Assembly (NCBI GenBank): GCA_029862065.1
Contig: JAOTYB010000001.1
Coordinates: forward strand, 1 to 45,275
Direction: 5' to 3'
Length of the DNA: 45,275 bases
Origin: Acidimicrobiia bacterium
Lineage (GTDB): Bacteria > Actinomycetota > Acidimicrobiia > Spongiisociales > SHLN01
Shown piece after piece: positions 18,621 to 28,011 of this stretch. Position 1 is the first letter of the stretch, and each line of letters opens with the position of its first letter. The notes beneath the pieces were generated by a model. The model made no database searches. It had not been told where the DNA came from and saw nothing but the letters and a program-made list of their open reading frames with translations. The position numbers were made by a program, and so were the translations under genes.

Positions 18621-19598
18621 ATGGCCGACGCACCTGAAACCTTCGAGGAATTCCGGAAGTCCTTCTCGTACGGCGAACGGTCGGACCTCGACTTCAAGTT
18701 CATGAAGTCGCTTTCGGATGATGAAGCAGCTCAGTTCCTGGCCGGTCTCCTCGCCCACGTTGGCGATGCCTACGATCACGCCCGGCTTACGGACATCATC
18801 GACTACGTCATTGACTGGCAGGCTCGTGCCTATGCCCCGGCACCCGACGCCAAGCGCACCTGGGTGTACGAGGAAGGGCCTTTCGCGACCCCGGCCAAGC
18901 CCCTGGCGGACAGTCGAGTGGCGCTGCTGACATCCAGCGGGCACTTCGTCCACGACGACGATCCCGAGCCGTTCGGCGTGGTCGGCATGACCCAGCAAGA
19001 AGCCGAGGAACGCATCAGCGAGTTCTTGAAGGTGCCCCCTGAGCTCTCGCGAGTCCCGGTGAGCTTTGCTCCCGGCGAGCTGCGAGTCCGCCACGGTGGG
19101 TACGACGTGACCTCGGCTGCCCTCGACCACAACGTCGCCTTCCCGCTCGACCACTTGCATGACCTCCAGGCCGACGGCGTCATCGGTGAGCTGCACGACG
19201 AGGCCTTCTCCTTCATGGGGGCCGCGGCCCAAATGCGACTCCAGAAAGAGACTGCCCCGGAATGGGCCAAGATGCTGCGAGACGCTGAGGTCGACGTGGT
19301 GCTGCTGGTGCCGGTATGACCGGTGTGCCACGTGTCGGTCGGGCACGTCGGACGAGCCATAGAGGAAGCCGGCATCGCCACCACTGCCGTCTACGTCCGG
19401 GCGTTTGGACACGTCGTCGACGAGATGAAGCTCCCCCGGGTCCTGATCACCAACCACCCGATGGGGCGCCCCCTGGGCCCGGTTGGCGATCGCCAGCGAC
19501 AACGGGCAGTGGTGGCCTCGGCCCTGTCGCTGATCGATTCGGCCACTGAGCCAACGGTGGTTGATGACCTCGGCCCATTTAGGCCGGTAGGCGGTTGA
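18621..19598 (+). CDS. GrdB/PrdB-family (glycine/sarcosine/betaine/D-proline reductase selenoprotein B-like) protein; in-frame TGA at 19317..19319 proposed to encode selenocysteine
   Basis: ORFs 18621..19319 and 19323..19598 are in the same frame, separated only by TGA-CCG. The joined sequence reads ..EVDVVLLVPV-U-PVCHVSVGHVGRAIEEAGIATTAV.., giving a U-x-x-C motif. The N-terminus FRKSFSYGERSDLDFKF resembles this family as recalled from memory. Confidence 0.6.
19320..19351 (+). promoter_or_regulatory. candidate bacterial SECIS hairpin
   Basis: CCGGUGUGCC (19320..19329) pairs with GGCACGUCGG (19342..19351): 10 bp including two G.U pairs. The 12-nt loop ACGUGUCGGUCG contains GGUC. The stem starts directly after the UGA. 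Confidence 0.4.
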
Positions 19599-20050
19599 TC
19601 GTGCATCTCGCTCAGCTCAACGTTGGTCGGCTCGTGGACGAGCCCACATCTGAAACGGTGGCTGAGTTCATGAACGCACTGGCGCCCATCAATCTTCTCG
19701 GTGAGATGAGCCCCGGCTTCGTGTGGATGATGAAGGACGAAGGAGGCGCCGGAGCGGTCGGCCAACGCTTCCCCGGTCACGAGGATGATGAACAATTCAT
19801 CGCCAACCTGACCGTGTGGACCGACCTCGAATCACTGCGCCACTTCACCACCCGATCCGGGCACGGCATGTATCTCCGCCGCAGACGAGAGTGGTTCGAG
19901 AAAGCCGATCAGCCAACCACCGTTCTCTGGTGGATCGAAGAAGGGCACATTCCCGATCTCATCGAGGCAGCCGAGCGGCTCCACCTCTTGCGCGACCAGG
20001 GACCGACTCAGGACGCCTTCGACCTCAAGACTCCCTTTCCGGCGAATTAG
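19595..20050 (+). CDS. DUF3291-domain protein
   Basis: 151 aa, ..VHLAQLNVGRL...FVWMMKDE...NLTVWTDLESLRHF...HGMYLRRRREWFEK....VLWWIEEGHIP...EAAERL..L...GPTQDAF.., as recalled for DUF3291. The start (TTG 19595 or GTG 19601) overlaps or abuts the upstream stop. Confidence 0.6.
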   Translation: MIVHLAQLNVGRLVDEPTSETVAEFMNALAPINLLGEMSPGFVWMMKDEGGAGAVGQRFPGHEDDEQFIANLTVWTDLESLRHFTTRSGHGMYLRRRREWFEKADQPTTVLWWIEEGHIPDLIEAAERLHLLRDQGPTQDAFDLKTPFPAN

Positions 20051-20114
20051 CGCGTCAACCAGCCTCACCCGTGAGTGGGGGCGCGAACAGTCAACTGTCA
20101 ACTGCTAACTCTCG

Positions 20115-21452
20115 CTAAGCCAAGAAACCTTCGTAGTTGCGCATCATGAGCTGGGATTCGATCTGTTTCATCGTCTCCAGGGCGACGCCCACGACGATGA
20201 GGATCGAGATTCCGCCGAACGCAAACGTCACGTCAAATACCAGTGACACGATGGCAGGCAGGATGGCCACAGTGCCCAGGAAGAGTGACCCGGGCAGGGT
20301 GATGCGGCTGAGAATGTACTCGAGGTGGCGAGCGGTGGGCGCGCCGGGACGAATGCCGGGGACGAAGCCGCCCTGTCTCTGAATGGTCTCGGCTTGTTTG
20401 ACCGGATCAAACTGGATGGCGGTGTAGAAGTACGTAAAGAACACGATGAGCAGGAACAGCACGGCTATGTAGAGCAACTGCATGCTGACGCTCACCGAGC
20501 CACCGTTGTGACCAACGTTCTGGCCGGCCCCCGCGAAGTTGTCGACCCATACTCGGACGTTGTCCCAGAAGCCACTCTCACCCGCCGGCACGACCGTTAC
20601 CAGCAGCGTCGGGAAGTACAGAACGGCCGTTGCGAAGATGATCGGGATGACGCCAGCGTTGTTGACCTTGAGCGGGATGTAGGTTGCCTGACCACCCATG
20701 ACCCGCCGTCCGCGAACTCGTTTGGCGAACTGGATCGGGATGCGGCGTTGGCCCTGCTCGACGTAGATGATGGCAATCACCATGAAGAGGAACACGGCCA
20801 TGAGGATGGCGAACTCGGCCCGCGGGTCAGACGTCGACCAGGCGTTGGTGAACTGAGCCGGAAGGGCACTGACAATGCTGATGAAGATGAGCAGCGACAT
20901 GCCGTTGCCGACACCGCGCTGGGTGATGAGCTCGCCAAGCCACATGACGAAAGCAGTACCGGCTGTGAGGGTGGTGACAATGAGGATGGCAGTGCCGGCC
21001 GTGTAATCAAGGATGATGGGGATGCCGTTGGTGATGCGACCGTTGGCCATGAGCCAACTAATGCCGGTCGACTGCAGGACCGCCAATACCACTGTCGAGT
21101 AGCGAGTCCACTGGGTGATGACCTGGCGGCCCGACTCACCCTCCTCCTGGAGTTTCTGCAGGCGAGGGATGACCACCGTCAAAAGCTGCATGATGATAGA
21201 AGCGGTGATGTAGGGCAGCACGCCGAGCGAGAACACGGACAGCTGCTGGAGAGCGCCCCCGCTGAACAAGTTGATGAGGCCGATGACCCCGCCCTGCTCG
21301 CTGGCCTCGGTCAGCAACTCCACCTGGTCGAGGTCGACACCGGGAGACGGGATGGCGGTCCCGATCCGATAGATGAGAAAGATGAACAGCGTGAAGAAGA
21401 TCTTCCGGCGCAAGTCCGGGATTCGGAACATGTTCCGGTAGACAGAAAGCAC
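20115..21452 (-). CDS. secY: preprotein translocase subunit SecY
   Basis: 445 aa, 10-TM protein with canonical SecY blocks (..GGALQQLSVFSLGVLPYITASII..). Confidence 0.95.
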   Translation of the reverse strand: MLSVYRNMFRIPDLRRKIFFTLFIFLIYRIGTAIPSPGVDLDQVELLTEASEQGGVIGLINLFSGGALQQLSVFSLGVLPYITASIIMQLLTVVIPRLQKLQEEGESGRQVITQWTRYSTVVLAVLQSTGISWLMANGRITNGIPIILDYTAGTAILIVTTLTAGTAFVMWLGELITQRGVGNGMSLLIFISIVSALPAQFTNAWSTSDPRAEFAILMAVFLFMVIAIIYVEQGQRRIPIQFAKRVRGRRVMGGQATYIPLKVNNAGVIPIIFATAVLYFPTLLVTVVPAGESGFWDNVRVWVDNFAGAGQNVGHNGGSVSVSMQLLYIAVLFLLIVFFTYFYTAIQFDPVKQAETIQRQGGFVPGIRPGAPTARHLEYILSRITLPGSLFLGTVAILPAIVSLVFDVTFAFGGISILIVVGVALETMKQIESQLMMRNYEGFLA

Positions 21453-21464
21453 GCTCGGGGTCCC

Positions 21465-21902
21465 CTACTCGATCACTTCGGCGCTACCGCCAGCGGCGTT
21501 GATCTTCTCGATGGCACCCAGACTGAATGCGTGAGCCCGCACGGTGAGAGCGTTGGAGAGTTCGCCCTCGCCGAGCACCTTCACCCGCCCGCGCTTCTTG
21601 ATGAGGCCGGCCGCCCGGAGCTCGTCAGGCCCCACCGTCGCTTTGGCCGGGAACTCACCGAGCCGCCCGACGTTGACGAGGGCGAAGTACTCCTTGTTGG
21701 CCCGATTGAAGCCGCGGAGTTTCGGAACCCGGCGGGCCAGCGGCAACTGGCCACCTTCGAAACCCGGCCGCAGCTTGCTGCGGGCTCCGGTGCCCTTGGT
21801 GCCACGACCGGCGGTCTTGCCTCGACGCCCGGCCTCACCGCGACCGACTCGTCGCTTGCGCGTTTTGGCGCCATCCGGCGGCTTGAGATGATGCAGTTTC
21901 AC
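21465..21902 (-). CDS. rplO: 50S ribosomal protein L15
   Basis: 145 aa, [37 protein letters not shown]. Confidence 0.9.
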   Translation of the reverse strand: MKLHHLKPPDGAKTRKRRVGRGEAGRRGKTAGRGTKGTGARSKLRPGFEGGQLPLARRVPKLRGFNRANKEYFALVNVGRLGEFPAKATVGPDELRAAGLIKKRGRVKVLGEGELSNALTVRAHAFSLGAIEKINAAGGSAEVIE

Positions 21903-22081
21903 TGCTCCTCCACATCTACGAGGTGCTGAACCCGGGCAATCATGCCACGAATGTCGGCGCTATCGGTATGTTCCACCGTCTGGCGGATCTTGCGGAGCCC
22001 GAGACCCCGCACCGTGGCGCGGGTCTTCGGCTTCTGGCCGATCGGGCTCTTCCTGAGTGTGATTTTCAATGTCTTCGCCAT
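21899..22081 (-). CDS. rpmD: 50S ribosomal protein L30
   Basis: ORF trimmed to the ATG at 22081 ([32 protein letters not shown]). 60 aa. Confidence 0.85.
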   Translation of the reverse strand: MAKTLKITLRKSPIGQKPKTRATVRGLGLRKIRQTVEHTDSADIRGMIARVQHLVDVEEQ

Positions 22082-22088
22082 GAGTTTC

Positions 22089-22670
22089 CTACGAATCCGT
22101 TGTCGGAGCCTGATTGCGCCGGGTGATTTCGGACGACCGATAGGCGCTGAGCAGAGCGGGGGGCGTGATCTCCTCGGCGGTCTTGCCACGAAGGGCGCCG
22201 ACCTCTTCTGGCCGACGTTGACTCTTCAACCCCTGGATAGTTGCCTGGGCCACGTTGATGTGGGTGGGCGAGCCGAGGCTCTTGGCCAGGACGTCGCGGA
22301 CACCGGCGGCTTCGAGAATTTGGCGGACCGCGCCACCGGCGATGACTCCGGTACCGGGGGCCGCGGGCTTGAGCAGCACCCGTGAGGCGCTGTGGCGCCC
22401 GATCACCTGGTGGATGATGGTGGTGCCGGCCATCGGAACGTCGAACATCTCCCGACGGGCGATATCGATGGCCTTCTGGATAGCCGCCGGGACTTCTTTG
22501 GCCTTTCCGTAGCCGAGGCCAACCTTGCCCTTGTTGTCACCTACCGCCACGAGGGCGGTGAAGGAGAACCGACGTCCACCTTTGACTACCTTGGCCACGC
22601 GGTTGATGTGGATGACCCGCTCTTCAAATGGGTTGTCGCCCCGGTCTCTTTGGTCTCTGCGAGATGTCAA
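22089..22670 (-). CDS. rpsE: 30S ribosomal protein S5
   Basis: 193 aa, ..[30 protein letters not shown].. The TTG start overlaps the rplR stop (TTGA). Confidence 0.9.
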   Translation of the reverse strand: MTSRRDQRDRGDNPFEERVIHINRVAKVVKGGRRFSFTALVAVGDNKGKVGLGYGKAKEVPAAIQKAIDIARREMFDVPMAGTTIIHQVIGRHSASRVLLKPAAPGTGVIAGGAVRQILEAAGVRDVLAKSLGSPTHINVAQATIQGLKSQRRPEEVGALRGKTAEEITPPALLSAYRSSEITRRNQAPTTDS

Positions 22671-23014
22671 AACTTCACTCCTGCTTCGCGTACGGCATCG
22701 GCCAGCGCCTTTACGCGACCATGGAACGGATAGCCACCGCGGTCAAAAACGACCTCGGTGACGTTGGCATCACTGGCCCGCTTGGCCAGCAGCTTGCCGA
22801 CTTCGGCGGCGCTATCGACCGTGAGCGTCTTCTTTGCGACAGACTTCTCGGCCGAGGATGCGGCGGCGAGCGTGCGGCCGACCTCGTCGTCGATGATCTG
22901 GGCATAGATGTAGCGATTGGACTTGTAAACAGCCAGGCGCGGCCGATTGGCCGTGCCGTGGATCTTCTTGCGTACCCGCCGATGGCGCCGATCGCGTGCT
23001 TGTCGTCGTGACAT
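22667..23014 (-). CDS. rplR: 50S ribosomal protein L18
   Basis: 115 aa, ..[46 protein letters not shown]. Confidence 0.9.
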   Translation of the reverse strand: MSRRQARDRRHRRVRKKIHGTANRPRLAVYKSNRYIYAQIIDDEVGRTLAAASSAEKSVAKKTLTVDSAAEVGKLLAKRASDANVTEVVFDRGGYPFHGRVKALADAVREAGVKF

Positions 23015-23565
23015 CAGACTGTTGCTCCTGGTGCGCCGGCTTTGCCCGCCTTGCGGCGAACGTACTCGTCGACGTAGCGGATGCCTTTGCCCTTATAGGG
23101 CTCAGGCGGACGGACCTTGCGAATGTTGGCGCTCGCTTGGCCAACCCGCTCCTTGTCGATCCCGCTCACAATGACCTTGGTCGGCTCGGGGACATCGAAT
23201 TCGACGCCGTCGACCGGCTCGATCGCTACCGGATGGGAAAACCCAACCTGCAGCTCAAGGCTCTTGCCCTTGAGGGCGGCCCGGTAGCCGACCCCGACGA
23301 GCTGGAGCTCCTTCTGGTAGCCCTCCGAGACCCCTGTCACCATGTTGGCGAGCAGGGCGCGGGACAGCCCGTGCATGGCACGCGACCGGCCGTCATCGGC
23401 GGGCCGCAGCACACGTACTTCCTTTTCGTCGAGCTCGAAGGCCACTTCCTCGGGGAAGGTGCGCTCCAGGTTGCCCTTTGAGCCCTTCACCGAGACTGTC
23501 GAGCCGTCAACTTTGATCTCGACTCCCGAGGGGATCTCGACGGGTTGTTTGCCGATACGGCTCAT
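23014..23565 (-). CDS. rplF: 50S ribosomal protein L6
   Basis: Trimmed to the ATG at 23565 ([19 protein letters not shown]). TAATG overlap with the rpsH stop. Confidence 0.9.
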   Translation of the reverse strand: MSRIGKQPVEIPSGVEIKVDGSTVSVKGSKGNLERTFPEEVAFELDEKEVRVLRPADDGRSRAMHGLSRALLANMVTGVSEGYQKELQLVGVGYRAALKGKSLELQVGFSHPVAIEPVDGVEFDVPEPTKVIVSGIDKERVGQASANIRKVRPPEPYKGKGIRYVDEYVRRKAGKAGAPGATV

Positions 23566-23960
23566 TACCACACCTCACAAATGATCTCGCCACCGAGCTT
23601 GCGGCGGCGGCACTCACGATCGACCAGCAAGCCCTGCGACGTCGACACGATGGTGACGCCCAGGCCACCCTCCACTCGCGGCACACCAGTCGATGAGGTG
23701 TAACGCCGGCGGCCGGGTTTGGAGATCCGCTTCAGGCCCTGCAGCACCCGCTCCCGATCCTCGGTGTACTTGAGTGTCACGGTCAGCTCTGTGCCGGGGT
23801 TGGCAGGTCCGACTTCGAACCCGCCGATGTATCCCTCGGCGGCGAGGACTTTGGCGATCTCTTCTTTGATCTTGGAGGACGGCATCGTTGCCTGCTCCTG
23901 CAATGCCAGATTGGCATTGCGGATGCGGGTCAGCATGTCGGCTATGGGATCGGTCGTCAT
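23565..23960 (-). CDS. rpsH: 30S ribosomal protein S8
   Basis: ORF 23565..24371 trimmed to the ATG at 23960 ([19 protein letters not shown]). 131 aa. Confidence 0.9.
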   Translation of the reverse strand: MTTDPIADMLTRIRNANLALQEQATMPSSKIKEEIAKVLAAEGYIGGFEVGPANPGTELTVTLKYTEDRERVLQGLKRISKPGRRRYTSSTGVPRVEGGLGVTIVSTSQGLLVDRECRRRKLGGEIICEVW

Positions 23961-24145
23961 TACCAGGAGCCCTTTCTCACGCCGGGGAGTTCGCCGCGAT
24001 GGGCGAGTTCCCGCACGCAAATACGACACATCCCGAACTTGCGGATAAACGCCCGCGATCGGCCGCATCGGCGGCATCGGTTGTAGCCCCGCACCGCGAA
24101 CTTCGGTTTGCGATTCGCCTTGGCGATCAATGATTTCTTGGCCAT
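23960..24145 (-). CDS. rpsN: 30S ribosomal protein S14, type Z (zinc-binding)
   Basis: 61 aa, [61 protein letters not shown]. Contains CxxC...CxxC. Confidence 0.9.
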   Translation of the reverse strand: MAKKSLIAKANRKPKFAVRGYNRCRRCGRSRAFIRKFGMCRICVRELAHRGELPGVRKGSW

Positions 24146-24150
24146 GAGTC

Positions 24151-24717
24151 TTACACCCGTGCTTCTTGTTGGCGGAAGGGAAAACCGAAGGCCCGCAGCA
24201 GTGCTCGGCCGCCCTCGTCGTCGGTGGCGGTGGTGACAATGGTGATGTCCATGCCCTCGATCTTGCCGACCTCGTCATAATCGATCTCGGGGAAAATGAG
24301 CTGCTCGGTGACACCGAACGAATAGTTGCCCCGGCCGTCGAATGAGTTGGGGCTGAGGCCGCGGAAGTCACGAATGCGAGGGATCGCCAGAGCGATCAGC
24401 CGGTCGAGGAACTCCCACTTGCGGTTGCCGCGCAACGTGACGGACACGCCGACTGCGTTGCCCTCGCGCAACTTGAAGTTGGCAATCGACTTGCGAGCCA
24501 AATTCACCTTGGGAGCCTGGCCGGTGATGATCGCCAGGTCCTTCACGGCACCGTCGATGATCTTGGAATCGCCCAGGGCGTCACCCAGACCCATGTTGAG
24601 CGAGATCTGGACCAGGCGGGGAACCTGCATGATGTTCTCGAGCTGCAGCTCTTCTTTCAGTTGCGCCCGGAGCTCGTTCTCGTACTTCAGCTTGAGGCGG
24701 GGGGCGGGGGCTGTCAT
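24151..24717 (-). CDS. rplE: 50S ribosomal protein L5
   Basis: 188 aa, ..[18 protein letters not shown]...[16 protein letters not shown].. Confidence 0.9.
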   Translation of the reverse strand: MTAPAPRLKLKYENELRAQLKEELQLENIMQVPRLVQISLNMGLGDALGDSKIIDGAVKDLAIITGQAPKVNLARKSIANFKLREGNAVGVSVTLRGNRKWEFLDRLIALAIPRIRDFRGLSPNSFDGRGNYSFGVTEQLIFPEIDYDEVGKIEGMDITIVTTATDDEGGRALLRAFGFPFRQQEARV

Positions 24718-25019
24718 AGCTCACCGTCGCATTTCACGCAGATGCGGGTCTTGGAGCCGTCGTCGTTGATGCGGGCACCAATGCGGGTCGGACCACACTT
24801 GGGGCAAATGATCATGACGTTTGAGGCATCGATAGGCATGTCCTTGTCGACGATGCCGCCCTGCATGGTCTGGCCGCGCGGACGCTCATGCCGCTTGGCA
24901 GTGGCCACGCCCTCAACAATGATGCGGTTCTTCTTGGGAATGATGCGGGCGATGTGGGCTTCTTTGCCGGCGTCCTTGCCGGTGATGACTTTTACCAGAT
25001 CGCCAGAGCGCAGTTTCAT
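24714..25019 (-). CDS. rplX: 50S ribosomal protein L24
   Basis: [23 protein letters not shown].. The ATG at 25019 overlaps the rplN stop (TGATG). The GTG at 25022 is the ORF-track alternative. Confidence 0.9.
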   Translation of the reverse strand: MKLRSGDLVKVITGKDAGKEAHIARIIPKKNRIIVEGVATAKRHERPRGQTMQGGIVDKDMPIDASNVMIICPKCGPTRIGARINDDGSKTRICVKCDGEL

Positions 25020-25387
25020 CACAGCACCTCCGGGGCAAGCGAAACGATTCGCATGAACTTCTTGTCACGTAACTCGCGGGCCACCGGGCCGAAAATGCGG
25101 GTGCCGCGGGGCTGACGCTGATCATTCAGCAACACACAGGCGTTCTCGTCGAAGCGGATATAGGTGCCGTCCGGACGACGGCGCTCCTTCTTGGTGCGCA
25201 CGACCACGGCTCGCACAACTTCGCCGCGCTTGACGGCGCCACCAGGGATGGCGTCTTTCACGGTGCAGATGATCTCGTCACCCACGCCCGCATACCGGCG
25301 GCTCGAGCCCCCCAGGACGCGGATGCACAGGACCTCACGGGCCCCGCTGTTGTCCGCAACCTTGAGTCGGCTTTCTTGCTGAATCAT
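25019..25387 (-). CDS. rplN: 50S ribosomal protein L14
   Basis: 122 aa, [27 protein letters not shown]. Confidence 0.95.
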   Translation of the reverse strand: MIQQESRLKVADNSGAREVLCIRVLGGSSRRYAGVGDEIICTVKDAIPGGAVKRGEVVRAVVVRTKKERRRPDGTYIRFDENACVLLNDQRQPRGTRIFGPVARELRDKKFMRIVSLAPEVL

Positions 25388-25399
25388 TTCCTGATTTCC

Positions 25400-25657
25400 T
25401 TACTGAGCCCGCTCGATGATCTCGGCGAGGCGCCACCGCTTGGTCTTAGATAGCGGACGCGTCTCCTCGATCCGGATGGTGTCTCCGATGTTGGCGTCGT
25501 TGGCCTCGTCGTGCACATGCAGCCGGGTTTGGCGGGTGATGGTCTTGGTGTATTTGGGGTGCAAGGACGAATTGGTCAGCTCAACGGTGACCGTCTTGTC
25601 GCGCGTGTCAGAAACGACTACCCCGACGCGGCTCTTGCGGCGTGCTCGCTCAGTCAT
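25400..25657 (-). CDS. rpsQ: 30S ribosomal protein S17
   Basis: ORF trimmed to the ATG at 25657 ([27 protein letters not shown]). 8-nt overlap with rpmC. Confidence 0.9.
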   Translation of the reverse strand: MTERARRKSRVGVVVSDTRDKTVTVELTNSSLHPKYTKTITRQTRLHVHDEANDANIGDTIRIEETRPLSKTKRWRLAEIIERAQ

Positions 25658-25871
25658 CGGCGCCCTCCTGCTCGTAATAGGCCTTAATCTCCAGCTCGCG
25701 CATGATGGTGGCGATGCGCGCCACTTCTCGACGCACCTCCGGGAGACGGGCGGTGTTGTCCAACTGATTGGTGGCGAATTGAAAACGGAGGTTGAACGCC
25801 TCCTCCTTGGCCTCGGACAGCTTCTCGGCCAGGTCCTCATAGGACAGCTCGCGTAACTCGGCCGGCTTCAT
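25650..25871 (-). CDS. rpmC: 50S ribosomal protein L29
   Basis: 73 aa, [37 protein letters not shown]. Confidence 0.9.
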   Translation of the reverse strand: MKPAELRELSYEDLAEKLSEAKEEAFNLRFQFATNQLDNTARLPEVRREVARIATIMRELEIKAYYEQEGADD

Positions 25872-26281
25872 ACGTCCTCCCGGGTCACAAACTTGGTGCG
25901 GATCGGCAGCTTGTGTGAGGCAAGGCGCATGGCCTCTCGGGCCAGGTCTTCCTCGACGCCCGACAGCTCGAACATGACGCGGCCCGGTTTCACGACGGCC
26001 ACCCAGTACTCAGGGTTTCCCTTGCCGGAGCCCATGCGGGTCTCGGCCGGCTTCTCTGTGACGGGTTTGTCGGGAAAGACGTTGATCCACACTTTCCCGC
26101 CACGCTTGATGTGGCGAGTCATGGCGATTCGAGCAGCCTCAATTTGGCGAGCGGTGATCCACCCGGCGGTTTGGGCCTGAAGGCCGAAGTCGCCAAACGT
26201 CACGCGATTGCCACCCTTGGTGGTGCCTTTCATGCGGCCCCGGTGCTGCTTGCGGAACTTGGTCCGCTTGGGCATGAGCAT
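25868..26281 (-). CDS. rplP: 50S ribosomal protein L16
   Basis: 137 aa, [19 protein letters not shown]. Confidence 0.95.
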   Translation of the reverse strand: MLMPKRTKFRKQHRGRMKGTTKGGNRVTFGDFGLQAQTAGWITARQIEAARIAMTRHIKRGGKVWINVFPDKPVTEKPAETRMGSGKGNPEYWVAVVKPGRVMFELSGVEEDLAREAMRLASHKLPIRTKFVTREDV

Positions 26282-27300
26282 CAGGCGTTCTCTCCCTTGG
26301 TCTCTTCGGCTGGGCCCGCCGATTCGTCAGCCGCTTCCGGCTCCGGGCTTCCGGCATCCGACTCGGCGGTGGGCGGTGGGCTGTCGGCCTCGGTTGTCTC
26401 GACCGGAGCTTCGTCCGCCACGACAGGCTCTTCATCAACCGATGTGGCTTCGTCGAACTCGCTCTTGGCGGCACCGACGTCGACCCGCTCTTCACCCTTG
26501 CGGCGACCGCCGCCGGCTTCGATCAAGCGCTTGCCGCCGCCGGCCTCGATGAGCTTCTTGGAACGATCCTCACCGGCAGCCTCCTCGGCCCGGGCCTTGA
26601 TCGGCGCCACGTGCGAGGGGGCACCGGCCGCCAGAGCGGCTTCGGCGGCGATCTTCTCCCGGGTGCTGGTGAGCGAAGGAACAACGTCGCCTTTGTAGAC
26701 CCAGCACTTGATGCCGATGGCCCCGACCGTGGTACGGGCAGTTGCTTCGCCGTAATCAACATCGGCCCGGAGCGTATGGAGGGGAACCCGGCCCTCCCGG
26801 TACCACTCACGACGGCCCATGTCGGCTCCACCGAGACGGCCTTTGGCCTCGACCCGGACGCCGAGCGCCCCGGCCTTCATGGCGGTTTGGATTGCTCGCT
26901 TCATCGCCCGGCGAAAGGCCACCCGGCCTTGCAACTGGTCGGCAATTCCCCTGGCCAGCAACTGAGCGTCGGTTTCGGGGTCTTTGACCTCGACGACGTT
27001 GAGTTTGACCGGACGGCCGGTGATCTTGTCGAGGCCGGCTCGAAGGCGGTCGGCCTCAACCCCCCGGCGGCCGATGACCACTCCAGGGCGAGCGGTGTGA
27101 ACGTCAACTTGAATCTGCTCGCCGATCCTCTCAATCTCGATGCGCGAGACCGCGCCCCGCAACAGCTCGGCGTTGAGGTAGTCACGGATCTCCGAGTCCT
27201 CGTTTACCAGGTTGGCGTAGCCCTTATCGGCGTGCCAGCGGGACTTCCAGTCGGTGGTGATCCCCAGCCGGAATCCGTACGGATGGACTTTCTGGCCCAT
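26281..27300 (-). CDS. rpsC: 30S ribosomal protein S3 with a C-terminal acidic low-complexity tail of about 120 aa
   Basis: 339 aa. The N-terminal ~215 aa are canonical ([22 protein letters not shown]..). The tail is rich in E/A/D/P/G. Confidence 0.9.
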   Translation of the reverse strand: MGQKVHPYGFRLGITTDWKSRWHADKGYANLVNEDSEIRDYLNAELLRGAVSRIEIERIGEQIQVDVHTARPGVVIGRRGVEADRLRAGLDKITGRPVKLNVVEVKDPETDAQLLARGIADQLQGRVAFRRAMKRAIQTAMKAGALGVRVEAKGRLGGADMGRREWYREGRVPLHTLRADVDYGEATARTTVGAIGIKCWVYKGDVVPSLTSTREKIAAEAALAAGAPSHVAPIKARAEEAAGEDRSKKLIEAGGGKRLIEAGGGRRKGEERVDVGAAKSEFDEATSVDEEPVVADEAPVETTEADSPPPTAESDAGSPEPEAADESAGPAEETKGENA

Positions 27301-27644
27301 TATTCGCTCTCTTCCAGTTCGGCGACAGCGATAACGATGTTGCTCGTTCGCTTGTGAATGCTTCCGGCCCGGCCGCGGGCGCGGGCCTTGAACCGCTTGA
27401 GCGTCGGGCCCTCACCGGCGTAGGCCTCGGCCACGTAGAGCTGGTCTACGTCGAGGGCGTTGTTGTGCTCGGCGTTGGCGACCGCTGAATTGAGCAGCTT
27501 GGCGATCACCTCGGTAGCTCCGCGGTTGGTGAACTCCAGAGTGGTGCGCGCCTCCTCGACGGGAAGGCCGCGGATGAGATCGAGCACACGGCGCACCTTG
27601 TATGGCGACTGACGCACGTAGCTGGCTTTGGCCCTGACCATCAT
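27300..27644 (-). CDS. rplV: 50S ribosomal protein L22
   Basis: 114 aa, ..[22 protein letters not shown].. Confidence 0.9.
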   Translation of the reverse strand: MMVRAKASYVRQSPYKVRRVLDLIRGLPVEEARTTLEFTNRGATEVIAKLLNSAVANAEHNNALDVDQLYVAEAYAGEGPTLKRFKARARGRAGSIHKRTSNIVIAVAELEESE

Positions 27645-27919
27645 TCGCGGGACGCCCTGTCTGAACTGGCGTGACCCCGGAAGGTCCGGGTAGACGCGAA
27701 CTCACCGAGCTTGTGACCGACCATCGACTCGGTGATGTAGACCGGCACGTGCTTGCGGCCGTCGTGGACGGCAATCGTGTGGCCGACCATCTCCGGAAAT
27801 ATGGTGGAACGGCGACTCCAGGTGCGGATGACGCGCTTGTCGTTCGTGCTGTTCTGGGCTTCGACCTTCTTCATCAGATGAGCGTCGACAAATGGGCCCT
27901 TCTTGAGACTGCGACTCAC
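27641..27919 (-). CDS. rpsS: 30S ribosomal protein S19
   Basis: 92 aa with a GTG start, [41 protein letters not shown] lies upstream. Confidence 0.95.
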   Translation of the reverse strand: MSRSLKKGPFVDAHLMKKVEAQNSTNDKRVIRTWSRRSTIFPEMVGHTIAVHDGRKHVPVYITESMVGHKLGEFASTRTFRGHASSDRASRE

Positions 27920-28011
27920 GTCCGTCCTCCCTTGCCTCGAAGGGTCAGGGGCAGGGGGACGCCATGCTGTCCAATACGGGCTGCTTTGCTGATCATCATG
28001 TCTGGCTCTCC

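Noticed and set aside
18567-19502. Minus-strand ORF of 311 aa overlapping the GRDB-like gene
   Set aside because: It is antisense to a gene with clear family resemblance. Its composition (R/G/H/V-rich, no motifs) is typical of the shadow frame in high-GC DNA.
20051-20087. Possible bidirectional terminator in the convergent DUF3291/secY spacer
   Set aside because: Only a 5-bp stem with a 2-nt loop (CTCAC-CC-GTGAG) and short GCGC palindromes are present. There is no convincing stem-loop with a U-tract on either strand.
20325-21929. Plus-strand ORF of 534 aa
   Set aside because: It is entirely antisense to secY and rplO, whose identities are unambiguous. The D/E/R/G-rich sequence has no motifs.
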